A DNA stretch of 64,000 nucleotides from positions 52,395 to 116,394 of the forward strand of contig CAYZAE010000002.1 in NCBI GenBank assembly GCA_964476125.1. The letters are read 5' to 3'. Under the pieces are notes generated by a model, which was given only the letters and a program-made list of their open reading frames with translations, did no database searches and had not been told where the DNA came from. Shown piece by piece: positions 9,633 to 18,728 of this stretch. A program made the position numbers and the translations under genes. The DNA is from an uncultured Verrucomicrobiota bacterium. Lineage in GTDB: Bacteria; Verrucomicrobiota; Verrucomicrobiia; Limisphaerales; CAIMTB01. Position 1 is the first letter of the stretch, and each line of letters begins with the position of its first letter.

Positions 9633-10829
9633 TCAGACGGAACGGATGTAGCTGCGGTCCTCCCAGACGGCCTTGATCGAGGTGAGATTCCTGGGGTCGA
9701 GAACGTGTTTGGCAGCCTTTAGGACCCGTCCCTTGCGGAGCGCGTGCCAGGCGTCGCTGGCATTGATGGCCACCGCCTGGAGCACGCTCGGATCGCGGTA
9801 GCAATCGATCATGCAACGCGTGCAGCCATCGCGAATGAGCTTCGAACTGTCGAAGTCGTAGATGTTGCACATGGGGGACTCCCAGAAGTGGCAGCGGTAC
9901 AGGTTCAGGTTCCAGTCGAGGTAGAAGTATTTGTGCCCGCCGAGGCAGCCGAATTTCTCCTTCTCCCCCCGGAGATGGCGCTGCATTTCGTCGAGGGACT
10001 CGGTCGGGTTCACGACCGGGAACCCGCTCCGGCGTTTCATCCCCTTGATCTTCTCGAAGACCTCGATGAGTTCGTCGATGCGGAAGTTGACCAGGCTCGA
10101 TTCGCTGAAGCTGAGGTAACTCGATTGGAGGTTGGTGAGCGGATACGAGAAGGTGCAGGAGCTGAATCCCAGGGAGCGCAGGAAATCCGGGAGGCGGTCG
10201 TAATCCTCGATCAGCCGGCTGGCGGTGATGCTGGCGGTGGTCTGGATTCCCAGGCGGCCGAAGGTTTCGTTGGCGCGCTTGATCTTGCGGCAGACATCCG
10301 GCAGGCCACGGTTGTCCTCGTGCTTGGCGATGTCATGGGCGTCGATCGACATGATCACGCTGCTCAGGCCGTCCTCGGCGAGCCCGCGCATGTTGTCGTC
10401 GGTCCACAAACCCCCGTTGCTGCAGATCATCGGCCGGATGCCGTTCTCCGCCGCGTACCGGACCATGGCCCGGATGTCGCGGTGGACCATCGGTTCGCCG
10501 CCCACGAAAAGGAGGTAGCCGATGTGTTCCCGGCGACAGATGTCGATGACGTCGCGGGCTTCCTTGAGCGTGACGGACCGGCGGGACTTGGGATCGAACT
10601 TGGACCGCGCGAATCCGCAGAAACCGCAGTCGGCGTTGCAGATGTTCGTGATGGCGAACTGGAGGTAGCCGGGTCCGCCGTGGTCGAGGACCTCGCCGAC
10701 CAGTTTGAGAAATCCCTTCTTGGGCGGGCGCACGGGGGCTGATCCGCCGCCGGCGGGCGGGGTGCCGCGGGTGGAGGACTGTCCCATGGGCCTGTCGGAG
10801 GTCGGGGCGGCGTCAGCGGTAGGTTCCAT
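9633..10829 (-). CDS. radical SAM enzyme with a Cys-rich SPASM/twitch-like C-terminal region
   Basis: CxxxCxxC cluster motif in FAITNICNADCGFCGF, then GGEPM. The C-terminal cysteines are FGCLGG...YRCHF...CNIY...CTRCMIDCYRD. The N-terminal 30 aa are low complexity, so the start could be an internal Met. Confidence 0.85.
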   Translation of the reverse strand: MEPTADAAPTSDRPMGQSSTRGTPPAGGGSAPVRPPKKGFLKLVGEVLDHGGPGYLQFAITNICNADCGFCGFARSKFDPKSRRSVTLKEARDVIDICRREHIGYLLFVGGEPMVHRDIRAMVRYAAENGIRPMICSNGGLWTDDNMRGLAEDGLSSVIMSIDAHDIAKHEDNRGLPDVCRKIKRANETFGRLGIQTTASITASRLIEDYDRLPDFLRSLGFSSCTFSYPLTNLQSSYLSFSESSLVNFRIDELIEVFEKIKGMKRRSGFPVVNPTESLDEMQRHLRGEKEKFGCLGGHKYFYLDWNLNLYRCHFWESPMCNIYDFDSSKLIRDGCTRCMIDCYRDPSVLQAVAINASDAWHALRKGRVLKAAKHVLDPRNLTSIKAVWEDRSYIRSV

Positions 10830-10877
10830 GCTCGGAGGGGTGGGATAGTGGGGGCGATGAAGGGCGGCGGCAACCGC

Positions 10878-13811
10878 TCAGGCAAGTTTCAATCCAACCG
10901 GCAGGGAATCGCCCAGGACCCGGGCTTCGTCGGCCCGCTCGAGGTCGGCGACCTCGCGGACCAGTCGAATCCAGGAGGCCGGTGCCCGGCCGGCTTCCAG
11001 GGTCGCGAGGGTCAGGGTCCGGGCGTCGTCGTCGAGGTCCCGGGATCGGTCGCCGGTGAGGCGGGTGATCTGGACGAGGGCAAAGAGGGCGCCGTCGGCG
11101 CCCCGGGCGTGGGCGTGGCGGAGACGCTCGAGCCAGCGGGTGGCGATTTCGGGGTCGAGGGTCTGGTGCTGGTTTCCGGCGAGGGGCACGCGGGCGCCGA
11201 GGCGGCCGAGGGCCCAGGCCCAGGGACCGGAGAGGCCTGTGGGCAGTTCGAGTTGGGCCAGCACCCAGCCCCCCAGCACCGCCTTGTCGGCGGGTGCCAG
11301 GTGTTCGAGGGAGGCGGCGAGGCGGACCATTTCGTGAAGCCCCTCGGGCTGGGTGCCCTTGGGTTTTCCGGAGTGTTTCGGATGGCCGGGATCGATGCGG
11401 AAGGCGAGGTGGGGACGGAGGTGCTCCCAGATTTCGCGATGGCGTGCGGGTTCGAGGCCGCCGGCGATGCGACGCCAATGCACCCAGAACGCATCCCACA
11501 CCGTGGCGTCCTTGACCGACTGCACGCCCTCGGCGAAGAGCGGAGCGATCTGTTCGCAGCGCCAGGCGTCGAGGGGGTAGCCGAACCCCGGGCGGAGCGA
11601 GAATCCGGCCAGCTGGTAGTAGGCGCGTTCGTGATCGGGAGAGCGGCGCCTTCGGGCGGCGCCGGCGTGAAGGGCGCCCCAGAGTTCGCGAAGCACAGGC
11701 AGGCGCCATTCGTCGCGGGGGCCGAGGTGGGTTTCGAGCTGGGACGGGAGCTGGCGCGCGGCTTTGGCGAGGGCGTCGAGGGAGGCCTGGGCGGGCGGGG
11801 TGGGACCGGATCCCGGCGTGGATCGCGCGGACTTGGATCGGGGCGTGAAGACGTGTTCGACAGCCTGTCGGGCGTCGTCGAATCGCCGGGGCATGGCCTC
11901 CACCACGGGGGCGTTATTGCCCGGCACCGCGTTCAAGCCCGAAGCTGAGCCCGAGCCCGAGCCCGAGCCGCGCAGTTCGAATTCGAGGCGCCAGTGCCCG
12001 GCGGAATCCTGCGCGACGCAGGCCAGTTCGAGTGTGCCGATCTCGGTCAGGGTCGCCCGCAGGTGGACCGGGATTTCGCTTTCGCGCGCCGACGGATCCG
12101 CCTGTTTCTCACTCCGGAGCAGGGCGTGCAGGGGCGGCAGCGGGGTCAGTTCCTCGTCGACCGCCACGAGGTCGCCGGGCGACTCGACGCGGTCGGAAGT
12201 GCTGGTGAACAGGGGGAATTGGACCGGGCGCCCCAGGGTGAGCCGGAACACGCGCTGGTTGAGCTCCGCGGTGCGCCCCTCCTCCCAGCCGCGGGGAATC
12301 ACACAAAGCGCGGACCCCGGCCCGGCGGAGTCGGATCCCAGGCCGACGTAGATCGCGTGCGACGAACCGCCGGCGATGCGACGGGCCAGTCCGCGCCGGG
12401 CAAGGCCGTGGCAGGCCGCGCCGCGGGCGACGGCGAGATCCAGGGATCCGTGGGGGAGCGTGGGAATGGGCGGTTGATCGGGCCACCACGAGGAAAGAAT
12501 CCCGAGCAGTCGACGGGCGAGCGGATCGGCTTTGAAGACGCCTCCGTTCAGCAGGACGGCGTCGGGCCGGGGGAGGCTGCCTGGGACCGGCGGAGGGTGG
12601 ACGGCGTTGGACGACGGCGTGGGGTCCAGGGCCGCCAGGGCCGCCAGGGCCAGATGTCCGGCGCCCCGATGCGCGTGAAGAAAAGCCGCAAGCTGTCGTG
12701 GGATCGCCGGATCCTTGGCATAGGGCAGTCCGAGTTCCTGCAAAGCCGTTCGCGGGGCGCGGACGAGTGCCGGTTCGGGGCCGCAGGCGGGGAAGAATCC
12801 TTCGAGCACCAGCCGTTCGACGTCCGCGCGCGTCAGCGTCGCCTTCAACGTCCCGCCCATCAGCGCGCTGCCCTGGCCGGCGATGGACAGTCGAACCTCG
12901 GCCGGGGCGTCCTCCCCGAGCAGCCTTTCCTTGGCGTCGCGGCTGGCCTGGAGAAGTTGGGTCCAGGAGGACGCGCCCAGCCGTCGTCCCCCCGCCGACA
13001 TCCGTTCCTCGGCGCACCGGGCGAGGGCGGCGTCCATGTTGTCGCCGCCCAGCATGAGGTGTTCTCCGACGGCGATGCGACGAAGGACAGGACCCTCGAC
13101 CTGGACCAGGGTGAAGTCGGTGGTGCCGCCGCCCACATCGACGACCAGGACCAGGCGGATCCCAGCGAGGGCCGCTTCGAGGGAGCCGTTCCGGGTGGCG
13201 GTGTGGACGAAATCCTCGAAGGCCGCCTGCGGTTCCTCGACCAGGGTGCAGCGGCGCAGGCCGGCGCGGTGGGCGGCCTCGACGGTAAGATTCCGGGCGA
13301 CGACGTCGAAGGAGGCGGGAACGGTGAGAACCAGGTCCTGTTCGGCGAGGGGATGGCCGGGGTGGGCCTGATCCCAGGCGCGGGCCAGGTGGAGGAGATA
13401 GCGTGCGGAGGCGTCGACGGGTGAGACGCGGGGAACGTCGGGAGCGGCACCCCAGGGAAGGATGGGAGCGGAACGATCGACGCCCGGGTGGCAGAGCCAG
13501 CTTTTGGCGGAGGTGACCAGCCGTCCGGGAACCCGGGCCCCGTGGCTCCGGGCGAAATGGCCGATCACCTGCGACATGCCGGGGGTGGTGTCCCAGGGCA
13601 GGCGAAGGGTCTCGGCGGGGAATTCGTCGGGGTGCGGGAGGTAGAGTGCCGAGGGCAGCGTGGACCGCGGGGAGATTTCGCCCAGGGCCTGGAGTTGCGG
13701 CACGGGGAAATCGGTGACCGGCGCCCCTGGCCCGGCCTCGGTATCGACGAACGCGAGGGCGCAGTTGGAGGTGCCGAGATCGATGCCGACGAGGAAACGC
13801 GGGGCAGTCAC
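10878..13811 (-). CDS. atypical Hsp70-family ATPase with a long (about 450-aa) helical C-terminal extension
   Basis: Actin-fold/Hsp70 NBD motifs: FLVGIDLGTSNCALAF (phosphate 1) and VVDVGGGTTDFTLV (phosphate 2). The 977-aa length and the C-terminus are unlike the DnaK lid. Confidence 0.85.
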   Translation of the reverse strand: MTAPRFLVGIDLGTSNCALAFVDTEAGPGAPVTDFPVPQLQALGEISPRSTLPSALYLPHPDEFPAETLRLPWDTTPGMSQVIGHFARSHGARVPGRLVTSAKSWLCHPGVDRSAPILPWGAAPDVPRVSPVDASARYLLHLARAWDQAHPGHPLAEQDLVLTVPASFDVVARNLTVEAAHRAGLRRCTLVEEPQAAFEDFVHTATRNGSLEAALAGIRLVLVVDVGGGTTDFTLVQVEGPVLRRIAVGEHLMLGGDNMDAALARCAEERMSAGGRRLGASSWTQLLQASRDAKERLLGEDAPAEVRLSIAGQGSALMGGTLKATLTRADVERLVLEGFFPACGPEPALVRAPRTALQELGLPYAKDPAIPRQLAAFLHAHRGAGHLALAALAALDPTPSSNAVHPPPVPGSLPRPDAVLLNGGVFKADPLARRLLGILSSWWPDQPPIPTLPHGSLDLAVARGAACHGLARRGLARRIAGGSSHAIYVGLGSDSAGPGSALCVIPRGWEEGRTAELNQRVFRLTLGRPVQFPLFTSTSDRVESPGDLVAVDEELTPLPPLHALLRSEKQADPSARESEIPVHLRATLTEIGTLELACVAQDSAGHWRLEFELRGSGSGSGSASGLNAVPGNNAPVVEAMPRRFDDARQAVEHVFTPRSKSARSTPGSGPTPPAQASLDALAKAARQLPSQLETHLGPRDEWRLPVLRELWGALHAGAARRRRSPDHERAYYQLAGFSLRPGFGYPLDAWRCEQIAPLFAEGVQSVKDATVWDAFWVHWRRIAGGLEPARHREIWEHLRPHLAFRIDPGHPKHSGKPKGTQPEGLHEMVRLAASLEHLAPADKAVLGGWVLAQLELPTGLSGPWAWALGRLGARVPLAGNQHQTLDPEIATRWLERLRHAHARGADGALFALVQITRLTGDRSRDLDDDARTLTLATLEAGRAPASWIRLVREVADLERADEARVLGDSLPVGLKLA

Positions 13812-13824
13812 GTCGGGGAGCGTC

Positions 13825-15684
13825 TCACTGATCGCCCTTCATGCGGACGTTGAGTTCCAGCTTCCAGCGGCCCGGGCCGTTGCGTTCGAGGCACCGGATT
13901 TCGAGCATGCCGAGTTCGGTGACGGCAGCCTGGATCTGGACGGGGACGAGCTGGCCCTCACGACCGGGCTCGGCAGGCAGGCAGGTTTCGACGGGGGCAA
14001 GTTCCTCGAAGGAATCGAGGGAATCGGCGTCGTCGCAGAGGGACCCGACGTGGTCTTCGCGTCGGACGGACGACGTGAAAAACCGGAAGCGCGTGGGTTC
14101 GCCGACGACGAGGGCGAATTCCTGGGGGGGCAGGTCGGCGGCAGTGCCTTCCTCCATGCCGAAGGGGGCGACGCAGAGGGCCTTGATGGGCGGTTCGAAA
14201 CCCGGCACGGCGGGCATGGGGGATTCGACGCCGATGTAATAGGCGTGCGCGGTGCCGCCCCGGATCCGGATCCCGTGACCGGCGCGGACCCAGCCGTAAT
14301 AGGCGGCGCCGCGGGCGACGGATTGATCGAGATCGGCGCCTTCCTGTTCCCGGACCGGTTGGCCGCCGTCGGCGGCCAGCCAGCCATTGAGCACGGAGAG
14401 CAGACGTTCCTTGAGCACCTCGGCCTTGAAGACGCCGCCGTTGAACAGGACGGAGGTTGGGTGGACGAAGCTGCGGCCGGCGACGGAGATCGGTGCCTCC
14501 GGGGAGGCGGCCAGGGCGCGGGCCTGACGGGTCAGGAAGGCGGCCAGGTGCCGGGTGATGGCGGCGTCCTGGGCGTAGGGCAGGGCGACCTGGGTGAGGC
14601 CGGTGCGGCGGGCGGTCTGGGGAATCTCCGAGACCTCGACCACCGGGAAGAAACCGTCGGTGAGCACGCGGGTCAGGGCCTCGCGGGTGAGCTCGATCTT
14701 GATCGTGCCGCCCATGAGGGACGATCCGCGGTTGGGAATGGCGATGGGGGCCTTTTCCAGGGTCGGGTTGGCGAACAGGGCTTCCTTCGCCTGTCGGGCT
14801 CCGTGGGTGAGCGAGGTGAACTGCCAGGCATCCAGCTTCCTGCCCGCGGCGGTGAGGTCGCGGTTCAGCGTGTGCGCGAGCGCGAGATCCATGTTGTCGC
14901 CGCCGAGCAGGATGTGGTCGCCGACCGCGAGTCGGGTCAGCTGCAGGTCGCCGCCGGATTCGGTGACGGCGATGAGCGAAAAATCCGAGGTGCCGCCGCC
15001 GACGTCGATGACCAGGATGACATCGCCCACCTTGAGTTCGCGTCGGAAGCGCGGGCCCATGCGTTCGAGCCAGGCGTAAAGAGCCGCCTGGGGTTCCTCC
15101 AGGAGGGTCACCCGGGACAGCCCGGCGCGGTGCGCCGCCTCCACGGTCAACTCCCGCGCGGCGGCATCGAAGGACGCCGGCACGGTGAGAATGATCTCCT
15201 GCTCGGCCAGTGCGATTGCCTCGCCCCGGGCCCGCAACCGGGCGTCACCGGCGGCGATGAGGTGCCGCAGATAGCGGGCCGAAACATCGACCGGCGAAAT
15301 TCGGGTCACGTCGGACGGTGCCTGCCAGGGAAGCAGCGGGCCTGTGCGATCCACGCCCGAATGGCCCAGCCAGCTCTTGGCCGAGGCGATCAGTCGTGTC
15401 GGCACGGAAACGCCGTGGCGCCGGGCGAATTCGCCGACCGGTTCCAGGGAATCAGCGGGCCAGGGCAGGGCGAGGCCTTCAGCGGGGAACTCGGCAGCCC
15501 CGGGCAGGTAAAGAAACGACGGGAGCAACGGTCGTTCCTCGACCGTTCCCAGCGCCGTCAGTTGCGGAATGGGCAGCGAAATGTCGGCGTCCGAGCGGGC
15601 GTGGTCGTCCGGAGCGGTCAGGGGATGGAGGGAGACCGCGCAGTTGGTGGTGCCGAGGTCGATGCCGACGGAATAGGTGGCCAT
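13825..15684 (-). CDS. atypical Hsp70-family ATPase (619 aa)
   Basis: YSVGIDLGTTNCAVS and VIDVGGGTSDFSLI motifs, followed by a beta-rich C-terminal domain. It lies 13 bp upstream of the 977-aa paralogue. Confidence 0.85.
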   Translation of the reverse strand: MATYSVGIDLGTTNCAVSLHPLTAPDDHARSDADISLPIPQLTALGTVEERPLLPSFLYLPGAAEFPAEGLALPWPADSLEPVGEFARRHGVSVPTRLIASAKSWLGHSGVDRTGPLLPWQAPSDVTRISPVDVSARYLRHLIAAGDARLRARGEAIALAEQEIILTVPASFDAAARELTVEAAHRAGLSRVTLLEEPQAALYAWLERMGPRFRRELKVGDVILVIDVGGGTSDFSLIAVTESGGDLQLTRLAVGDHILLGGDNMDLALAHTLNRDLTAAGRKLDAWQFTSLTHGARQAKEALFANPTLEKAPIAIPNRGSSLMGGTIKIELTREALTRVLTDGFFPVVEVSEIPQTARRTGLTQVALPYAQDAAITRHLAAFLTRQARALAASPEAPISVAGRSFVHPTSVLFNGGVFKAEVLKERLLSVLNGWLAADGGQPVREQEGADLDQSVARGAAYYGWVRAGHGIRIRGGTAHAYYIGVESPMPAVPGFEPPIKALCVAPFGMEEGTAADLPPQEFALVVGEPTRFRFFTSSVRREDHVGSLCDDADSLDSFEELAPVETCLPAEPGREGQLVPVQIQAAVTELGMLEIRCLERNGPGRWKLELNVRMKGDQ

Positions 15685-15724
15685 GCGTGAAGCGGAGGGG
15701 AAAGAGGGGGCGGGCGGAGTGGGA

Positions 15725-16333
15725 TCAGGGCAGTTCGACCTCGGCGGATGCGATCACGCGGGGGTCCAGGGCGGGGTTGACCTCGGGAAACTTCACCGTG
15801 CGTGCCACCCAGCCGTGGTGCCGGACGGCGCCGCGGTAGGGAGGTTGGCCGGTCACATTTCCCGTGAGGCGGATGCGTTGGGCATCAAAGCCGGCGGGCA
15901 CGGAGACCGTTGCTCCTTCCGGGTCTGGCAGGGCCGGTGCGAGATCGACGCATTGCCGAAGCACCCGCTGGCAGCCGGCGTGAACCACCCGCGCCGCTGC
16001 GGCCACATCCTCGTCGGCAAACCCGGTGACGTCCTGTTGCAGGAAATCGATCAGGCGCCCTTCGCGTTGCAGCGCCGCGAGCAGGACCAGACCGGAGGCG
16101 TGGACGCGTTCGGGCGGCAGCGGGGCCGGGGCAGGAGCAGGGGGAGGCACCGGTTTCGATGCCACCGGCGCCGGTGATGGCGCGGGGGCTTGAAAGGGAG
16201 CGGGAGCGGGAGCCGGGGCGGAAGGCTTTTGCGGGGCGAGCAGCGAGCGTGCGTAGGGGGCGTCGAAAAGCACCCGCCACGCCAGCTTGAGCCGGGCGCC
16301 AAACGTCAGGTCCGCGTGGGACGATCCATCCAT
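15725..16333 (-). CDS. DUF2760-like protein (Pro/Ala-rich linker plus conserved C-terminal domain)
   Basis: The 202-aa protein has N-terminal FGARLKLAWRVLFD, a PAPAPAP linker, then LLAALQREGRLIDFLQQDVTGFADEDVAAAARVVHAGC. As I recall, that pattern is characteristic of DUF2760 proteins, which are typically found next to Hsp70 paralogues. Needs HMM confirmation. Confidence 0.65.
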   Translation of the reverse strand: MDGSSHADLTFGARLKLAWRVLFDAPYARSLLAPQKPSAPAPAPAPFQAPAPSPAPVASKPVPPPAPAPAPLPPERVHASGLVLLAALQREGRLIDFLQQDVTGFADEDVAAAARVVHAGCQRVLRQCVDLAPALPDPEGATVSVPAGFDAQRIRLTGNVTGQPPYRGAVRHHGWVARTVKFPEVNPALDPRVIASAEVELP

Positions 16334-16384
16334 GGGCCAAAGCCTAGGCGCGGAGAAGTCCGGAGGCCAGTCCCGGGCGAAAGA

Positions 16385-16533
16385 GTGCGTCGTGGGTCGT
16401 GCGTCGTGCGGCGATAAGAGTGGGGAGAGGGGAGTGGGGAGAGGGGAGGATTAAGATTAGGATTAAGATTCAGATTAAGAACGAGGATCCAACGCTCCCC
16501 ACTCCGACCCACGACCCACGACCCACGACCCAC
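16385..16533. repeat. composite intergenic element: inverted heptamer arrays, opposed G4 motifs and a central AT-rich hexamer array
   Basis: Left arm is (GTGSGTC)x4 at 16385-16412. A + strand G4 motif GGGGAGAGGGGAGTGGGGAGAGGGG lies at 16422-16446. Then (GATTNN)x5 at 16449-16478. CTCCCCACTCC at 16495-16505 is the exact complement of GGAGTGGGGAG at 16431-16441. The right arm is (GACCCAC)x4 at 16506-16533, the reverse complement of the left heptamer, and gives GGGTCGTGGGTCGTGGGTCGTGGG on the minus strand. Confidence 0.9.
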
Positions 16534-16540
16534 TCCCCCG

Positions 16541-16930
16541 TCAGCCTCCCGTGAACACGGGGCGGAAGCCGGCTTCGGTCAGAATGCGGGCGACGTCCTC
16601 GCGTTTGTCGCCCTGGATTTCGATGCGGCCTTCCTTGACGGTGCCGCCGACGCCGCAGGCTTTCTGCATTTGTTTGGCGAGCCGTTCCTTTTCGGGGAGG
16701 CCGATGCCGACGAAATTTTTCACGACCGTCACGGTTTTGCCGCCGCGACCGCCGGTCTGGCGCTGGACGTCCACGCGGCCGCGGTTTTTGGCGGGTTTGG
16801 CGGGGCGTTGAGGCAGTTCCGAGTCGGCAGGGCCGGGCGGGAGCCCGGAGGCGCTCAGGGCGGCGAAGGGGTTGTGCCCGAACTCCGGGGGGGGATCGTT
16901 GGGGGACGCTGGGTTTCCGGCCGTGGCCAT
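16541..16930 (-). CDS. yciH: translation initiation factor SUI1/YciH family
   Basis: ORF 16541..17200 trimmed to ATG 16930. The C-terminus GRGGKTVTVVKNFVGIGLPEKERLAKQMQKACGVGGTVKEGRIEIQGDKREDVARIL is the SUI1 fold signature. Confidence 0.85.
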   Translation of the reverse strand: MATAGNPASPNDPPPEFGHNPFAALSASGLPPGPADSELPQRPAKPAKNRGRVDVQRQTGGRGGKTVTVVKNFVGIGLPEKERLAKQMQKACGVGGTVKEGRIEIQGDKREDVARILTEAGFRPVFTGG

Positions 16931-17038
16931 GGCGAGGGTTCTGTGCCGCAAACCGCGGGTGGGAGCGAGCGTGAAAACGGGTGGATTGGGGATTTGTTCC
17001 GACCCGGGAATCAGGGAGCATTCAGGCACGCCGAATTC

Positions 17039-18043
17039 ATGAAGAACGCCGACTACTTTCTGAGCTGCGATTGGGGAACGAGTTCCTTCCGGCTTCGGCT
17101 CGTGTCCCGGGCGGGGGGCCGGGTGGTGGGTGCGGTGGAGAGCGCGGAGGGCGTGAAGAGCATCCATGCCGCGCTGGTGGAGTCCGGTCTGGGGAAGCAC
17201 GCCGAAGCGCGATCCCGGGCGTTCGCCGCCGTGCTGGGCGAGGCGATCGGGGAGATCGCGGTTCTGGCCGGGCGGGAAGTGGAGTCGGCGCCGGTGGTGA
17301 TTTCAGGCATGGCCTCCTCGACGGTGGGCTGGCGCGAACTGCCGTATGCCCGCACACCCTGCCGGATCGACGGATCCTCGCTGCGGGTGGAGCCGGTTGA
17401 ATCCGTGGAGGCGGCGGGATCGCGCCATGCGGTGTGGATGATTTCCGGGTTGACCACGGGCGGGGACATGATGCGGGGCGAGGAAAGCGAACTTCTGGGA
17501 TTGCTGTCCGCCGAGGCCTGCGATGCGGCGCGTGACGGGGCCTCGGTGGTTCTGCCGGGAACCCACTCGAAACAGGTCCGCGTGGAGGGGGATGCGGTGA
17601 CGGATTTTCGAACCTTCATGACCGGGGAACTGTTTGAGCTTCTGGCCACCCGCAGCCTGCTGGGGGCTTCGCTGGAATGGCCTCCCGGCACCCTGGATGA
17701 ACCGGCCTTCCGGGACGGTCTGGACTGGGCGCGAGAGGTCGGCCTGACGCGGGGATTGTTCCGGGTTCGATCGCGGTCGGTTCTGGACGGAGCGTTGCCC
17801 GCGTCGAACACCTGGTTTCTGGCGGGACTTTTGATCGGGAGCGAGGTGCGGGAGTTGATGGCCTGGGATGGCGCGGGATCGCGCCCGATCGTGCTGGCGG
17901 CGGCCGCGAAGTTTGCCGCGACCTACCGCATCGCGCTGGAGCACGCGGGCGGGGCGGGGCGCGTGATGGTGGTGCCGCCGGACGACCTGCTGCGCGCAAC
18001 CTTGCGCACCCACCGGTCGGTGCTGGAGCGTCTTGGAGCATGA
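17039..18043 (+). CDS. dgoK: 2-dehydro-3-deoxygalactonokinase
   Basis: ORF 16670..18043 trimmed to ATG 17039. DWGTSSFRLRL, GMASSTVGWRELPY and DMMRGEESELLG match the DgoK pattern. Confidence 0.8.
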   Translation: MKNADYFLSCDWGTSSFRLRLVSRAGGRVVGAVESAEGVKSIHAALVESGLGKHAEARSRAFAAVLGEAIGEIAVLAGREVESAPVVISGMASSTVGWRELPYARTPCRIDGSSLRVEPVESVEAAGSRHAVWMISGLTTGGDMMRGEESELLGLLSAEACDAARDGASVVLPGTHSKQVRVEGDAVTDFRTFMTGELFELLATRSLLGASLEWPPGTLDEPAFRDGLDWAREVGLTRGLFRVRSRSVLDGALPASNTWFLAGLLIGSEVRELMAWDGAGSRPIVLAAAAKFAATYRIALEHAGGAGRVMVVPPDDLLRATLRTHRSVLERLGA

Positions 18044-18696
18044 ACCTGCCGGCATCGGGATTCTCCTGGGAGGCATTCCGCCGGGTTCCCGTGGTGGGGA
18101 TCCTGCGCGGGTATGATCAGGAACGCATTCTGCGGGCCATCCGGGCCGCGGCCTCGGGCGGGCTGACGACCGTCGAGATCACCATGGACACCCACGGCGC
18201 CGCCGCCTCCATTGCCGCGCTGCGTCGTGAATTCGGAGACGCGATGAACGTCGGCGCGGGAACCGTGACGACGCTTGAACGGCTGGAATCCGCACTGGCC
18301 GCGGGCGCGCAGTTCATCGTCACCCCGTCGATCGGGATTCCCGTGATGGAGCGGTGTCGGGCGTTGGACGTGCCGATTTTTCCGGGGGCGCTGTCGCCGA
18401 CCGAAGTGCTGCGTGCGTCCGAGGCCGGAGCGGCGCTGGTGAAGGTGTTTCCGGCGGAAGGGTTGGGACCCCGCTACATCGCGGCGTTGCACGAGGCGTT
18501 GCCGGGAGTGGGACTGCTGCCGACGGGAGGGGTCGAATTGGGAACCCTGGAGATGTTCGTGGCGGCGGGGGCGTCGGGGTTTGGGGTGGGGGGACCGTTG
18601 TTCCGCAAGGAACGGGTGATGGCCGAGGATTGGGCCTGGATCGAAACCCAGTGCCGGGCGTGGGCCGGTTGGTTTCGGGATCGCGCCTCGGGGTAG
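18040..18696 (+). CDS. KDPG/KDPGal aldolase (2-dehydro-3-deoxy-6-phosphogluconate/galactonate aldolase)
   Basis: VVGILRG, TVEITMDT, GAGTVTT, FIVTP and VKVFPA motifs. The ATGA start/stop overlap with dgoK at 18040-18043 suggests translational coupling. Confidence 0.85.
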   Translation: MNLPASGFSWEAFRRVPVVGILRGYDQERILRAIRAAASGGLTTVEITMDTHGAAASIAALRREFGDAMNVGAGTVTTLERLESALAAGAQFIVTPSIGIPVMERCRALDVPIFPGALSPTEVLRASEAGAALVKVFPAEGLGPRYIAALHEALPGVGLLPTGGVELGTLEMFVAAGASGFGVGGPLFRKERVMAEDWAWIETQCRAWAGWFRDRASG

Positions 18697-18728
18697 TCGG
18701 GCTCCGTGAAGGGCATTGATTTCAGCGC

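Noticed and set aside
16385-16533. Possible CRISPR array or minisatellite-encoded peptide (ORF 16306..16533 gives LNLNLNPNLNP).
   Set aside because: The repeat units are only 6-7 bp with no spacers, so this is not CRISPR. The ORF is a translation artefact of the hexamer repeat. It is kept as a non-coding composite repeat (see findings).
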